DNA of 33,060 nt from a virus. Lineage: Duplodnaviria > Caudoviricetes. The stretch covers positions 1-33,060 of IMG/VR virus record IMGVR_UViG_3300044723_000231. One strand, given 5' to 3'. Every line of letters begins with the position of its first letter. Positions within the stretch are counted from its first letter, which is position 1. Below are positions 1-7,217 of the stretch, piece by piece. Both the position numbers and the translations under genes were made by a program. Under the pieces are notes generated by a model. The model saw only the letters and a list, made by a program, of their open reading frames with translations. It was not told the DNA's origin and made no database searches.

Positions 1-49
1 GGTCATATTCTTTGCACCCTTAATCGAATCAACACTGGAGGGCTAAACA

Positions 50-226
50 ATGTCATACCAAACCAAATACAATACCGAACCGCTTTTCTTTGTTAGCTAT
101 ATCGGCACAAGCAATGGCGCATATATTCGCGCTGCTAGTCATTATGATGCCAAGCGAAACTATGCACGCGGTGAGGGATTGCATAGCATAACTTATCTGC
201 AATCAAAGCGCATAAGCAATTATTAA
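50..226 (+). CDS. Small early hypothetical protein (58 aa, MSYQTKYNTEPLFFVSY...), not in ORF track
   Basis: Translated by hand; ATG at 50 preceded by GGAGGGCTAAACA; TAA at 224-226. Confidence 0.75.
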   Translation: MSYQTKYNTEPLFFVSYIGTSNGAYIRAASHYDAKRNYARGEGLHSITYLQSKRISNY

Positions 227-241
227 TCGGAGGGCTAAACA

Positions 242-397
242 ATGGAAAACAACATTAAAAAAGATATATTGGCTGGCAAATCAACCGATTTTATTATCGC
301 TAAATATATATCAAGAAAAACAGATAGCGACGATATCTTGAGTATCATTCGCATGATTAAATGGACTCACTGGAAAAAAACAGGGGAGAGAATATAA
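242..397 (+). CDS. Small early hypothetical protein (51 aa, MENNIKKDILAGKST...), not in ORF track
   Basis: Same leader GGAGGGCTAAACAATG at 229-244; stop TAA at 395-397. Confidence 0.75.
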   Translation: MENNIKKDILAGKSTDFIIAKYISRKTDSDDILSIIRMIKWTHWKKTGERI

Positions 398-400
398 CAA

Positions 401-469
401 CGGCTGGCACGGGCAACCGTGCCGCCTCATGGCTTGACCTTGCGGGGTCATACCATGCGGCGCAAGCCG
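401..469 (+). ncRNA. Structured intergenic RNA element (two adjacent stem-loops, possible three-way junction)
   Basis: GGCACGG-GCAA-CCGTGCC (406-423); nested GCC/GGC, CATGG/CCATG, TGACC/GGTCA (424-461); CGGCT(401-405)/AGCCG(465-469). Confidence 0.6.
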
Positions 470-498
470 ACAACGCAACAACCTTGGAGGGTTAAACA

Positions 499-834
499 AT
501 GCAAAAGATAGACACACAAGAACAGCTATTTCAGCAATGCAAAGACATTGCAGAACAGATTGATTCCGGCGAATACGAAACGCATGATTCAGAGGAATCT
601 TGCAACGCCTACGATTATTTATCGGATGCGTTGGATATTGAATACACCGTGAATAGCCAAGGCGAATACCTAGGCGCAAGGGTGCTAGTCGCCTATGGCG
701 GCCCTAATATCTGGATTAACACACGCACCAAAACTATAGAGGGCTATTGGTGGGGCGATAAAGCCGAGGCCTATTATTATGGTGACGCATTAGGCCTAGA
801 TGACGCATTAGCCGAATTATGGTCATGCAAATAG
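499..834 (+). CDS. Acidic early hypothetical protein (111 aa)
   Basis: Strong SD leader; about 22 D/E versus about 7 K/R; YGGPNIW motif. Confidence 0.85.
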   Translation: MQKIDTQEQLFQQCKDIAEQIDSGEYETHDSEESCNAYDYLSDALDIEYTVNSQGEYLGARVLVAYGGPNIWINTRTKTIEGYWWGDKAEAYYYGDALGLDDALAELWSCK

Positions 835-845
835 GGAGGCAGACA

Positions 846-1037
846 ATGACACGCAATGAAGCAATTAAAGCAATAGTACACTTGGAGACATTGGCTGAGT
901 ATTACTGCGCGGAGGGCAGTAAGAGGCAACGCGATTTATTGAGTGATGCCTATCAGCTAAGAACGCAACAAGTACCAGAAGAAACACGCAAACTGCATGA
1001 ATTGAAATCTATTCTGCGTGTAAGAGGGATTTTGTAG
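846..1037 (+). CDS. Early hypothetical protein (start revised to ATG 846)
   Basis: GGGAGGCAGACA precedes ATG at 846; the track start at 819 lies inside the upstream gene. Confidence 0.75.
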   Translation: MTRNEAIKAIVHLETLAEYYCAEGSKRQRDLLSDAYQLRTQQVPEETRKLHELKSILRVRGIL

Positions 1038-1048
1038 GAGGGCAACCA

Positions 1049-1243
1049 ATGAGAAAGCACAACATAAACGCCGATAGATTCCTGTCAATCAATGCTTGGT
1101 TAGCGGCACGTTATGCCAGAACAGACAAACACGGCAGACGCTGGCTTGACCAGTACATAGGCGGCAGACCAAGCAAATATAAGCGGCTAGAGAAAGCATT
1201 TTTTGACCGCTATGTCATGCAACCGCAAAACTGGAGGGATTAA
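1049..1243 (+). CDS. Basic early hypothetical protein (64 aa)
   Basis: SD GGAGGG at 1037-1042; tightly packed with neighbours. Confidence 0.75.
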   Translation: MRKHNINADRFLSINAWLAARYARTDKHGRRWLDQYIGGRPSKYKRLEKAFFDRYVMQPQNWRD

Positions 1244-1245
1244 CC

Positions 1246-1395
1246 ATGGCAAAGCTGTTTATATTCATTGGCTGTTTAGCCGTTATCGTTGGCGCATCTA
1301 TGGTGCCGGATACGACAAGCGCATTTGCCGCACAAGTGGCACTGCTTTATGGCGGCCTCATAGCCGCTGTATGGGCTGGCATAGCTAGCCGATAG
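1246..1395 (+). CDS. Small two-TM membrane protein (49 aa, MAKLFIFIGCLAVIVGASM...), not in ORF track
   Basis: Leader GGAGGGATTAACCATG; two hydrophobic segments; TAG at 1393-1395. Confidence 0.75.
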   Translation: MAKLFIFIGCLAVIVGASMVPDTTSAFAAQVALLYGGLIAAVWAGIASR

Positions 1396-1405
1396 CATAA
1401 ACCTA

Positions 1406-1439
1406 CCCATTGACGGGCAAAGGCCTGTCAGTGGGCTTT
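1406..1439 (+). terminator. 13-bp hairpin with short U tail (weak terminator or processing site)
   Basis: CCCATTGACGGGC-AAAG-GCCTGTCAGTGGG with two G-U pairs, followed by CTTT. Confidence 0.5.
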
Positions 1440-1472
1440 AAATCGCCATTAAACGCATAGGAGGGTTAAACA

Positions 1473-1724
1473 ATGGCTAAGTTAGGGAGACCAAAACACT
1501 ATGAAAACATGACACCATATGAACAAGCGCAACATGATAGGCGCATGGCTATGGGTTACATGACAGAAAGCCAGCTAGAAGCAGTAGAGAAAGCACGGGC
1601 GGCGTTGTTAGAGTTTGAACAGCAATGGTCAGAAAGCTATGACCTGTACGACCCAGACACGCCGCGCAACCTGCAACGCGCTTTCTGGGCAATTCACAAC
1701 GCATTTCCAAAAGAGGAGGCATAG
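1473..1724 (+). CDS. Early hypothetical protein (83 aa, N-terminal GRPK motif)
   Basis: Conserved leader at 1460-1475. Confidence 0.8.
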   Translation: MAKLGRPKHYENMTPYEQAQHDRRMAMGYMTESQLEAVEKARAALLEFEQQWSESYDLYDPDTPRNLQRAFWAIHNAFPKEEA

Positions 1725-1726
1725 AC

Positions 1727-2020
1727 ATGTCTGACAACTATGATAGCGGATTTGACTTGGTTCTATCTAGCAGAGAAAGGGCAGGTCTGTTGGACTACTA
1801 CAACGACACCTGCCTAGACGACTGGAAACACAACTACGAATCAAACGGTGAGGATGACTTGTGGTATGGCATACAGATAGGAGAAAGGATGTTTGACCTA
1901 AACGTATGGCTAGACGACATCACGGGCAAGGTATCTTGCACGGTATATGAATGTGAACGTATCAAAGACAACTGGCAGACCAACTGCCGCCATTCATGGT
2001 CATTAACAGAGGAGGCTTAG
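1727..2020 (+). CDS. Acidic, aromatic-rich early hypothetical protein (97 aa)
   Basis: SD GAGGAGG upstream; packed operon. Confidence 0.8.
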   Translation: MSDNYDSGFDLVLSSRERAGLLDYYNDTCLDDWKHNYESNGEDDLWYGIQIGERMFDLNVWLDDITGKVSCTVYECERIKDNWQTNCRHSWSLTEEA

Positions 2021-2022
2021 AA

Positions 2023-2247
2023 ATGTACCTAGTATTCGCAACAGTAGCCTATCGCAGAGATGCGGTAGGCCCAGCAACCGAAGTTCAATCTTGGGAAGTG
2101 TTCGACTCAGTAGAGAAAGCACAAAACCACATGCGGCATCTGATACACCAGCATGACATGGACTTGCTGGATGTGGGTGTGGCTACAATCACGGAAAGCA
2201 TACGAGAAGAACTATTGCGCAAACAGCCTATGGGCTTGGAGGACTAG
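2023..2247 (+). CDS. Early hypothetical protein (start revised to ATG 2023)
   Basis: SD GAGGAGG before ATG at 2023. Confidence 0.7.
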   Translation: MYLVFATVAYRRDAVGPATEVQSWEVFDSVEKAQNHMRHLIHQHDMDLLDVGVATITESIREELLRKQPMGLED

Positions 2248-2254
2248 CAGAGAA

Positions 2255-2428
2255 ATGACACCATCAGATTTCAAAACGAGGCGGCAATTTCTAGGCTACA
2301 CCCAAACCGAGTTTGCACAAAGGCTGGGGTTATCGCTTAGAACTGTCCAGTATTATGAATCAGGCGAGGTGCCAATAAACAGGACTGTCGAACTGTTATT
2401 GGATGCTATCGAACTGGACGAAAAATAG
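2255..2428 (+). CDS. XRE-family helix-turn-helix regulator (57 aa)
   Basis: R-x2-LGYTQTEFAQRLGLSLRTVQYYESGEVPI is a canonical XRE/Cro HTH; GGAGG SD upstream of ATG 2255. Confidence 0.9.
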   Translation: MTPSDFKTRRQFLGYTQTEFAQRLGLSLRTVQYYESGEVPINRTVELLLDAIELDEK

Positions 2429-2441
2429 AGAAAGGAAAACG

Positions 2442-2549
2442 TGCTATGCATAGCAAGTTATATAAAACTTGCAGTGCATAGCAAGTTATACATCCAGATT
2501 TTTTATATCAACAATCAGGTTTTATTTAACAAGTTTAGCATAGCAAGTT
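2442..2549. repeat. Iteron-like repeats and palindromes in an AT-rich gap (putative replication origin)
   Basis: TGCATAGCAAGTTATA at 2447-2462 and 2475-2490; GCATAGCAAGTT at 2538-2549; perfect palindrome TGCTATGCATAGCA 2442-2455; inverted GCAAGTT/AACTTGC; T-rich tract between the copies. Confidence 0.7.
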
Positions 2550-2571
2550 TTATTAAACACCGCTAATGCGG

Positions 2572-2599
2572 ATTATACAAACAGCGAAAAAGCTGTCAA
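2572..2599 (-). promoter_or_regulatory. Consensus sigma70 promoter pointing left into the repeat region
   Basis: Minus strand reads TTGACA-16 nt-TATAAT. Confidence 0.7.
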
Positions 2600-2607
2600 C
2601 CCCCTTT

Positions 2608-3027
2608 TCATAAATCACTGTCGCATAACGATTCTGCCGCCAGCATACACCAAGTAGAGAAAGGGATTATCACCGTATCCTGCTTGCCAGCATAGTCGGC
2701 GTTGATGCTAGAGAGAAAGACAACACAGCAGATAGGTTGCCTGTCATACTTGTAAATCAGAACGGGTTGTGTGCCATCCCGCAGTGAGGCGGTGACAACC
2801 TGTTCCCACCATTCACGCTTGTAATAGATAGAACCATGGCTGTTGTATCGCTTGCACTCAATCGTCCACCCTGGTAGCCCGATGATGTCCCCGTGGTCAG
2901 ACGCACGGTATTGTTCTAGGTCTCGCTTCACTTCGATGTCATACCCCGTGTATTCTTGGAACCATTCATTTATCTTGTTGCTTATCTCTCGTTCAAACGA
3001 GGCACCTTTCTGCCTAGAATTAGTCAT
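2608..3027 (-). CDS. Holliday-junction resolvase-like PD-(D/E)XK endonuclease
   Basis: N-terminal SRQKGASFERE and D...IECK motifs; ATG 3027 overlaps the MTase stop (ATGA). Confidence 0.8.
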   Translation of the reverse strand: MTNSRQKGASFEREISNKINEWFQEYTGYDIEVKRDLEQYRASDHGDIIGLPGWTIECKRYNSHGSIYYKREWWEQVVTASLRDGTQPVLIYKYDRQPICCVVFLSSINADYAGKQDTVIIPFSTWCMLAAESLCDSDL

Positions 3028-3665
3028 ATCCACCCTACCTTTGTATCTGTTGCCTTGCCATCCCAAACAAACCAAGCGTAAGCAGTCGTGCCGCTACCGC
3101 TAGGCTTTTCATCACCGCGCCAGATAGTTAGACGTTGAGAGAAAACCCACACCCTAGCTGGCCTATGCGAATCGAACAGAGAAACGCGCCTTTGCTTGCC
3201 TTCTAAGAACGACAGGCGCAATAACCAGCAATGCTTTCTAGCTTGTAAACTGATAGCTTTTTGTATGAAGGCTTCAGCATGTTTGTATGGTGGGTTCGTA
3301 ACTATGTTAGGCGCAAGCAACCGCGACTCCATAAGAAAGTCCACGCCAGATTTACCATAGCCATAGTCGTTTAGGTCAGTGCTAGTCACTGAATAGTAGT
3401 GCGAGAAAGGTTCAGAGATAGCACCATCACCACAAGCTGGTTCCCATATACCACCCTCAAAACTTTCAACATCCATCAGTGCTTCAACAGCTACCAATGG
3501 CGTTGGATAAAAGTCGTCCTTCTGCCTGTCCCTCACTTGCTTACTCCATATCACACGGCCTTCAGCACCGTGCCATCCCTGTATTGGGTTACATTCCCAG
3601 CCTTGCGGCACAGGTTCATCAGCCAATGCGTATCTGCAAATCCATTTAGTGATAGTAATTACCAC
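3024..3665 (-). CDS. Phage DNA N6-adenine methyltransferase
   Basis: DFYPTP, SAM-binding WEPACGDG and catalytic NPPY motifs. Confidence 0.85.
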   Translation of the reverse strand: MVITITKWICRYALADEPVPQGWECNPIQGWHGAEGRVIWSKQVRDRQKDDFYPTPLVAVEALMDVESFEGGIWEPACGDGAISEPFSHYYSVTSTDLNDYGYGKSGVDFLMESRLLAPNIVTNPPYKHAEAFIQKAISLQARKHCWLLRLSFLEGKQRRVSLFDSHRPARVWVFSQRLTIWRGDEKPSGSGTTAYAWFVWDGKATDTKVGWI

Positions 3666-3882
3666 CTTCTAAGTCTATCTGGATAAGCATACTGTCTGCA
3701 TCCTCCGGCGGTACACGACCAAAGCCATCACACAATGCACAAGGTTCTATGCTTGCCGCTAAGTACCCGCCATTCATATGGTCAACTACAGCATACTCAA
3801 CTTCATACTCGCCCTCGCCGCCACATACAGGACACTCTACCCATTCATCTTCATTGTCCGTGGTATTGTTTGAAGAAGTCAT
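3646..3882 (-). CDS. DnaJ-type CxxCxGxG zinc-finger protein
   Basis: CPVCGGEG and CALCDGFG repeats. Confidence 0.75.
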   Translation of the reverse strand: MTSSNNTTDNEDEWVECPVCGGEGEYEVEYAVVDHMNGGYLAASIEPCALCDGFGRVPPEDADSMLIQIDLEGGNYYH

Positions 3883-4051
3883 CAGCTTTCACCTTTCCAT
3901 CAGTTGCCAAGAAGATACGCCGCATAGTTTCCGGCTGGGGAAACCGCTTGTTACGAACAATGAGAGACACAGCAGAGACAGACAAGCCAGCTTTACTAGC
4001 AAACCGCCTCATGCTAAGTCTTTGTTCTTTAATGTAATCTTTTAAATACAT
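3851..4051 (-). CDS. Cro/XRE-like HTH regulator (66 aa), probably leaderless
   Basis: MYLKDYIKEQRLSMRRFASKAGLSVSAVSLIVRNKRFP is an HTH; ATG lies 6 nt after a -10 box and has no SD. Confidence 0.85.
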   Translation of the reverse strand: MYLKDYIKEQRLSMRRFASKAGLSVSAVSLIVRNKRFPQPETMRRIFLATDGKVKADDFFKQYHGQ

Positions 4052-4057
4052 ACCTGC

Positions 4058-4100
4058 ATGATAATACAGTGTTGACAGATTGTCTACAGGGTGGTAACAC
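4058..4100. promoter_or_regulatory. Overlapping divergent promoters with a shared inverted-repeat operator
   Basis: Minus: TAGACA(4086-4081)-17-TATCAT(4063-4058). Plus: TTGACA(4072-4077)-17-TAACAC with extended TG. Operator TGTTGACA-GAT-TGTCTACA at 4070-4088. Confidence 0.75.
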
Positions 4101-4106
4101 AATCTA

Positions 4107-4170
4107 GAGAGACGGTAGCAACTCCATTGATGGTTCTTTTGGGATAAGCATGTCACAGCTACTGTCTCTC
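4107..4170 (+). promoter_or_regulatory. 5'-leader stem-loop of the recombination operon
   Basis: GAGAGACGGTAGC (4107-4119) pairs with GCTACTGTCTCTC (4158-4170); 38-nt loop. Confidence 0.6.
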
Positions 4171-4187
4171 ACTTTCTGGAGGGTCAA

Positions 4188-5084
4188 ATGGAATACACTA
4201 TACCGGACTACCGCAAGGAGTTTGGCTGTTATCACAACAGCGCATCCGGCGGCACACAAAACACCTATGAAAATATCTTCAAGCTGTATCTCCGCAAGGA
4301 ATACAAGATGAACTTTCCTATGTCTGCCCGTCCCCGTGCTGGGCAGGTAGTACAGGAAGGATGTGACCATTACTTTGGGTTGCATGATTATTCGCCTGTC
4401 AGAGGCCAGCAAGAGGGCTTGTCTATTGATGAGTCTATCAGACATGCCATGACAGAGTACATCAACTACACGCCTATTAAATGGGATGGCGGCAAGGATG
4501 CTGATGTATATGAGGCATGTAAAGATGTCATCCCGCAGATGATACGGTATGCCATCGAAGGGCTTGAAGAATACTTTGGTAAGAATGTGGAACTGGTAGG
4601 CGAATACCAGCGCACATTCAAAGATGACCGCATCGACATACCTACTATTATGTTCTTGGACTTTGCGGATGACACCAGACAGATTGATTTGAAGTGCAGT
4701 CTGCCACTAGCCAACCCGCCAAAGAAAGATGGCACAAGGACATGGCGCGTACCAAAGCCTAAGACAGAACCGACTATGCAACAGGTAATGCAACAGGCCG
4801 TGTACTGGAAAGGCACAGGACTGACACCAGCCCTGCTGTTTGTTACAGGCGAGGGTTATCACCTAGCCACACATGAAAACTGTGACATGTTGAGACCAGC
4901 CGTGCTTGAGGAAATGTATGAATCAATCGTACAGCGTTGGCTTGTGTTACAGAATCTTATGAAGGCTGCGAATGGTAACTGGAAGAAACTGTTTGGTATG
5001 GTAACGCCTGACTATGCTGAGATAGCCCAGCGTCACGGCCCTGAGATATTAGACATAGCCAAGCAAGCATGGAGGGCAGAATGA
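4188..5084 (+). CDS. PD-(D/E)XK exonuclease-like protein (RecE/Cas4-like superfamily)
   Basis: E...LDF...IDLK and Q-x2-VY motifs; SD GGAGGG; upstream of annealase and SSB. Confidence 0.7.
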   Translation: MEYTIPDYRKEFGCYHNSASGGTQNTYENIFKLYLRKEYKMNFPMSARPRAGQVVQEGCDHYFGLHDYSPVRGQQEGLSIDESIRHAMTEYINYTPIKWDGGKDADVYEACKDVIPQMIRYAIEGLEEYFGKNVELVGEYQRTFKDDRIDIPTIMFLDFADDTRQIDLKCSLPLANPPKKDGTRTWRVPKPKTEPTMQQVMQQAVYWKGTGLTPALLFVTGEGYHLATHENCDMLRPAVLEEMYESIVQRWLVLQNLMKAANGNWKKLFGMVTPDYAEIAQRHGPEILDIAKQAWRAE

Positions 5085-5317
5085 ACGTACCAACTTACGC
5101 AGAAATACGAGAGGCACTACGCATACCAGAGATATATCAGCTTAATATACCGATTATGACTAGGATAGAGGCTAGGACAAAGGGTTTAAGCAGATACTTT
5201 ACTGGCAATATGTGCAAGCACGGTCATGTTGCTGAACGCGACACGCGAAATGGCGGGTGCATAGAATGTATTAGGACTAACTATGAACTACGGAGGGGTA
5301 ACAATGAGGCAGAATAA
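5081..5317 (+). CDS. Small Zn-binding protein (EARxKGLxRYFTGxxCKHGHVAER...CIEC)
   Basis: Motif usually seen at the N-terminus of phage HNH proteins; no HNH nuclease motif follows; SD before ATG 5081. Confidence 0.65.
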   Translation: MNVPTYAEIREALRIPEIYQLNIPIMTRIEARTKGLSRYFTGNMCKHGHVAERDTRNGGCIECIRTNYELRRGNNEAE

Positions 5318-5672
5318 AAGGATAACTGATACAGACTTGATGGTAATAACTAAAAACGCCTTGCGTCAGAATAACATGGTCACGCTAGAAGACCTTGCCG
5401 AAATGACTAGAATGGAACTGTCCAGGATACCTAATCTTGGAAAGAAAAGTATCAGTCATATTGAACAAGTCCTGTTTGACCATGGCTACAGATTAAGATG
5501 CCGCAATGCTGCATATAATACTAAGTACAGATTCGATGAGGACAAGTTAGCAGTAATTGTACCGCGACTACATGGTCAGCTAAAGATGATGTTAAATGCA
5601 CAAAGTGCTATCAAAGAATCCATGGAAGATTTGGAACAAGCAATGAGATTGGCGAGGGTAAACCATGACTGA
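5304..5672 (+). CDS. Stand-alone RNA polymerase alpha-subunit C-terminal-domain homologue with coiled-coil tail
   Basis: Gapless by-eye match to RpoA CTD: L-x-V-x3-N-x-L ... DL...T-x2-EL-x3-PNLGKKS-x3-I-x2-VL. Confidence 0.85.
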   Translation: MRQNKRITDTDLMVITKNALRQNNMVTLEDLAEMTRMELSRIPNLGKKSISHIEQVLFDHGYRLRCRNAAYNTKYRFDEDKLAVIVPRLHGQLKMMLNAQSAIKESMEDLEQAMRLARVNHD

Positions 5673-5838
5673 GATAGAAGCACAACACGCACAAGCTATC
5701 GACTTTACATCTGAAAGGCTTAACCGTTTAGAGAAAGACATGGCGCATATGCAGAAAAGTATTGATGAACTGCACACAATGCTTGCGTCTTTTATGAAAG
5801 CTATTACTGACTATCAAGAGGCAAACGACAATGAGTAA
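5665..5838 (+). CDS. Small coiled-coil protein (57 aa, MTEIEAQHAQAIDFTSERL...), not in ORF track
   Basis: GAGGG SD; heptad pattern; fills the gap between flanking genes. Confidence 0.7.
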   Translation: MTEIEAQHAQAIDFTSERLNRLEKDMAHMQKSIDELHTMLASFMKAITDYQEANDNE

Positions 5839-6547
5839 TATTCAAGAGGCAATGGGGCTGGTCAATGAACTACACAAAGACCACGCCATCAAACAAAAGG
5901 GCGGCAAGATGTACCTACAGGTGGTGCATCGTGTTGAGGCATTTCGCCGCACAGTAGGCGCAGACTTTGGTATCGACACAAAGATACTGGTAGATGATGG
6001 GCATCGTGTGGTGGTTAAAGCTATCGTAACAAACGCAGACGGTATCACCGTTGGTTCTGGTATGGCTGAAGAAATACGAGGCCAAGGCCATGTGAATACT
6101 ACATCTGCTTTGGAAAACGCTGAGACATCAGCTATAGGCCGCGCACTAGCCAGCCTTGGTTTGTCCGGCGGTGAGTACGCATCAGCTAATGAAATGGAAG
6201 CTGTACCTCGCAAGCAAAAACATCTTGACGATGCAAAAGAAGCTGGTACAACACCCGTTCAGGCGGCGGCTGTCGAGGAAGACCCTCCAAGTCAAACATC
6301 TCCGGCCCCGTCTGACCGACTCTCCGATGATGATATGGAAGCGCAGAATGAAAGGTATGACAAAGCCTTTTACATGGACATGTCGTCCAGGTTGACACAG
6401 GCGCGGCACATTTCTAAAGTTCATGGGCTATTTGAGGAGATGAAACCAAAGATACAAGAGATTAAGAAGCGCAATCCAGAACGTGCCAAGCACATACTGG
6501 AATTGTTTATGAAGCATGAGGACAGACTAAGTAAAGGAGACAGTTAA
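5831..6547 (+). CDS. Single-strand annealing protein (Sak/Rad52-like)
   Basis: KGGKMYLQVVHRV ... ALENAETSAIGRALASLG motif; located between exonuclease and SSB. Confidence 0.7.
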   Translation: MSNIQEAMGLVNELHKDHAIKQKGGKMYLQVVHRVEAFRRTVGADFGIDTKILVDDGHRVVVKAIVTNADGITVGSGMAEEIRGQGHVNTTSALENAETSAIGRALASLGLSGGEYASANEMEAVPRKQKHLDDAKEAGTTPVQAAAVEEDPPSQTSPAPSDRLSDDDMEAQNERYDKAFYMDMSSRLTQARHISKVHGLFEEMKPKIQEIKKRNPERAKHILELFMKHEDRLSKGDS

Positions 6548-6870
6548 TGGCCCTCAATAAACTTACAACCATCCGTGTATTCCCTAATGACCCAGACAAG
6601 AAAGCCACACACGGCAACAGCAACTGGAAGCCATACAAAGGCAAGGAACCTGTTGACCTAGTGTTGTCTAAGGACACACGGCACAGCATCTCTGTATTCC
6701 AGAATGATGACGGGTCTATGGATATCGTAATCAATGAACGCACTCTGGACAGAGACTACAATGCGGCTGATAGCGTATCGGCTAACGTACAGCAGGGTGG
6801 GTTTAAGAAGATAGCTGAGACCGTGGAAAAGCCACGGATTATGCTGGATGACGATTCCATCCCATTCTAA
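6547..6870 (+). CDS. Putative ssDNA-binding protein
   Basis: Acidic SSB-type C-terminus DDDSIPF; follows the annealase. Confidence 0.7.
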   Translation: MALNKLTTIRVFPNDPDKKATHGNSNWKPYKGKEPVDLVLSKDTRHSISVFQNDDGSMDIVINERTLDRDYNAADSVSANVQQGGFKKIAETVEKPRIMLDDDSIPF

Positions 6871-7030
6871 AGCACAAGTGTTGGTAGCGGTCTATCCAAA
6901 TGGACTGCTACTAACCATCAATGGAGAGTCATACTTCAAGCATATGAATGTTGAACAGAAGCTGAATATGGCGCAGGAATTAATACATCGTAGTGTGCAT
7001 GAGATAAGACATGGCAAAGAGGAAGGCTAA
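6848..7030 (+). CDS. Hypothetical protein (60 aa)
   Basis: Overlap-coupled within the operon. Confidence 0.6.
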   Translation: MTIPSHSKAQVLVAVYPNGLLLTINGESYFKHMNVEQKLNMAQELIHRSVHEIRHGKEEG

Positions 7031-7217
7031 CACAAACAGGATACTGTGTAGCTTTTGCGATGCGTCACACTATGTCAAAGAGGGCGGCTGGGTAGTAGCT
7101 GGTAACGGTAAGATATACTGCCATTCACTACAGAAAAGCTGCCTCATAGAGAAACATAATCAGGAGGGTAATTATGGGAAACATAATTCAATTTTTCAAA
7201 TGTGGGAAGACACTTAG
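7011..7217 (+). CDS. Small Cys-rich Zn-finger protein (CSFC...AG...C), reminiscent of the ClpX zinc-binding domain
   Basis: ILCSFCD...VVAGNGKIYC-x6-C. Confidence 0.6.
   Translation: MAKRKANTNRILCSFCDASHYVKEGGWVVAGNGKIYCHSLQKSCLIEKHNQEGNYGKHNSIFQMWEDT

Larger units (their letters stand above)
37..1475 (+). repeat. Dispersed 16-nt translation-start repeat GGAGGG(C/T)TAAACAATG
   Basis: Copies at 37-52, 229-244, 486-501, 1460-1475; degenerate copies at 1037-1051 and 1233-1248. Confidence 0.9.

Noticed and set aside
311-1737. Track ORFs 311-679 (-), 1203-1388 (+) and 1549-1737 (-)
   Set aside because: They conflict with better-supported genes carrying the conserved leader; the real gene near 1203 is 1246-1395 in another frame.
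1710-2020. Two adjacent proteins both ending in EEA as a shared functional tag
   Set aside because: A by-product of the overlapping GAGGAGGC Shine-Dalgarno sequence of the next gene.
2442-2549. Mini CRISPR array
   Set aside because: Repeats are only 12-16 bp with irregular spacing, and there are no cas genes.
2608-3665. MTase plus adjacent nuclease as a type II restriction-modification pair
   Set aside because: The nuclease has the SRxKGxxFERE signature of phage Holliday-junction resolvases; adjacency to an orphan MTase is common in phage replication regions.
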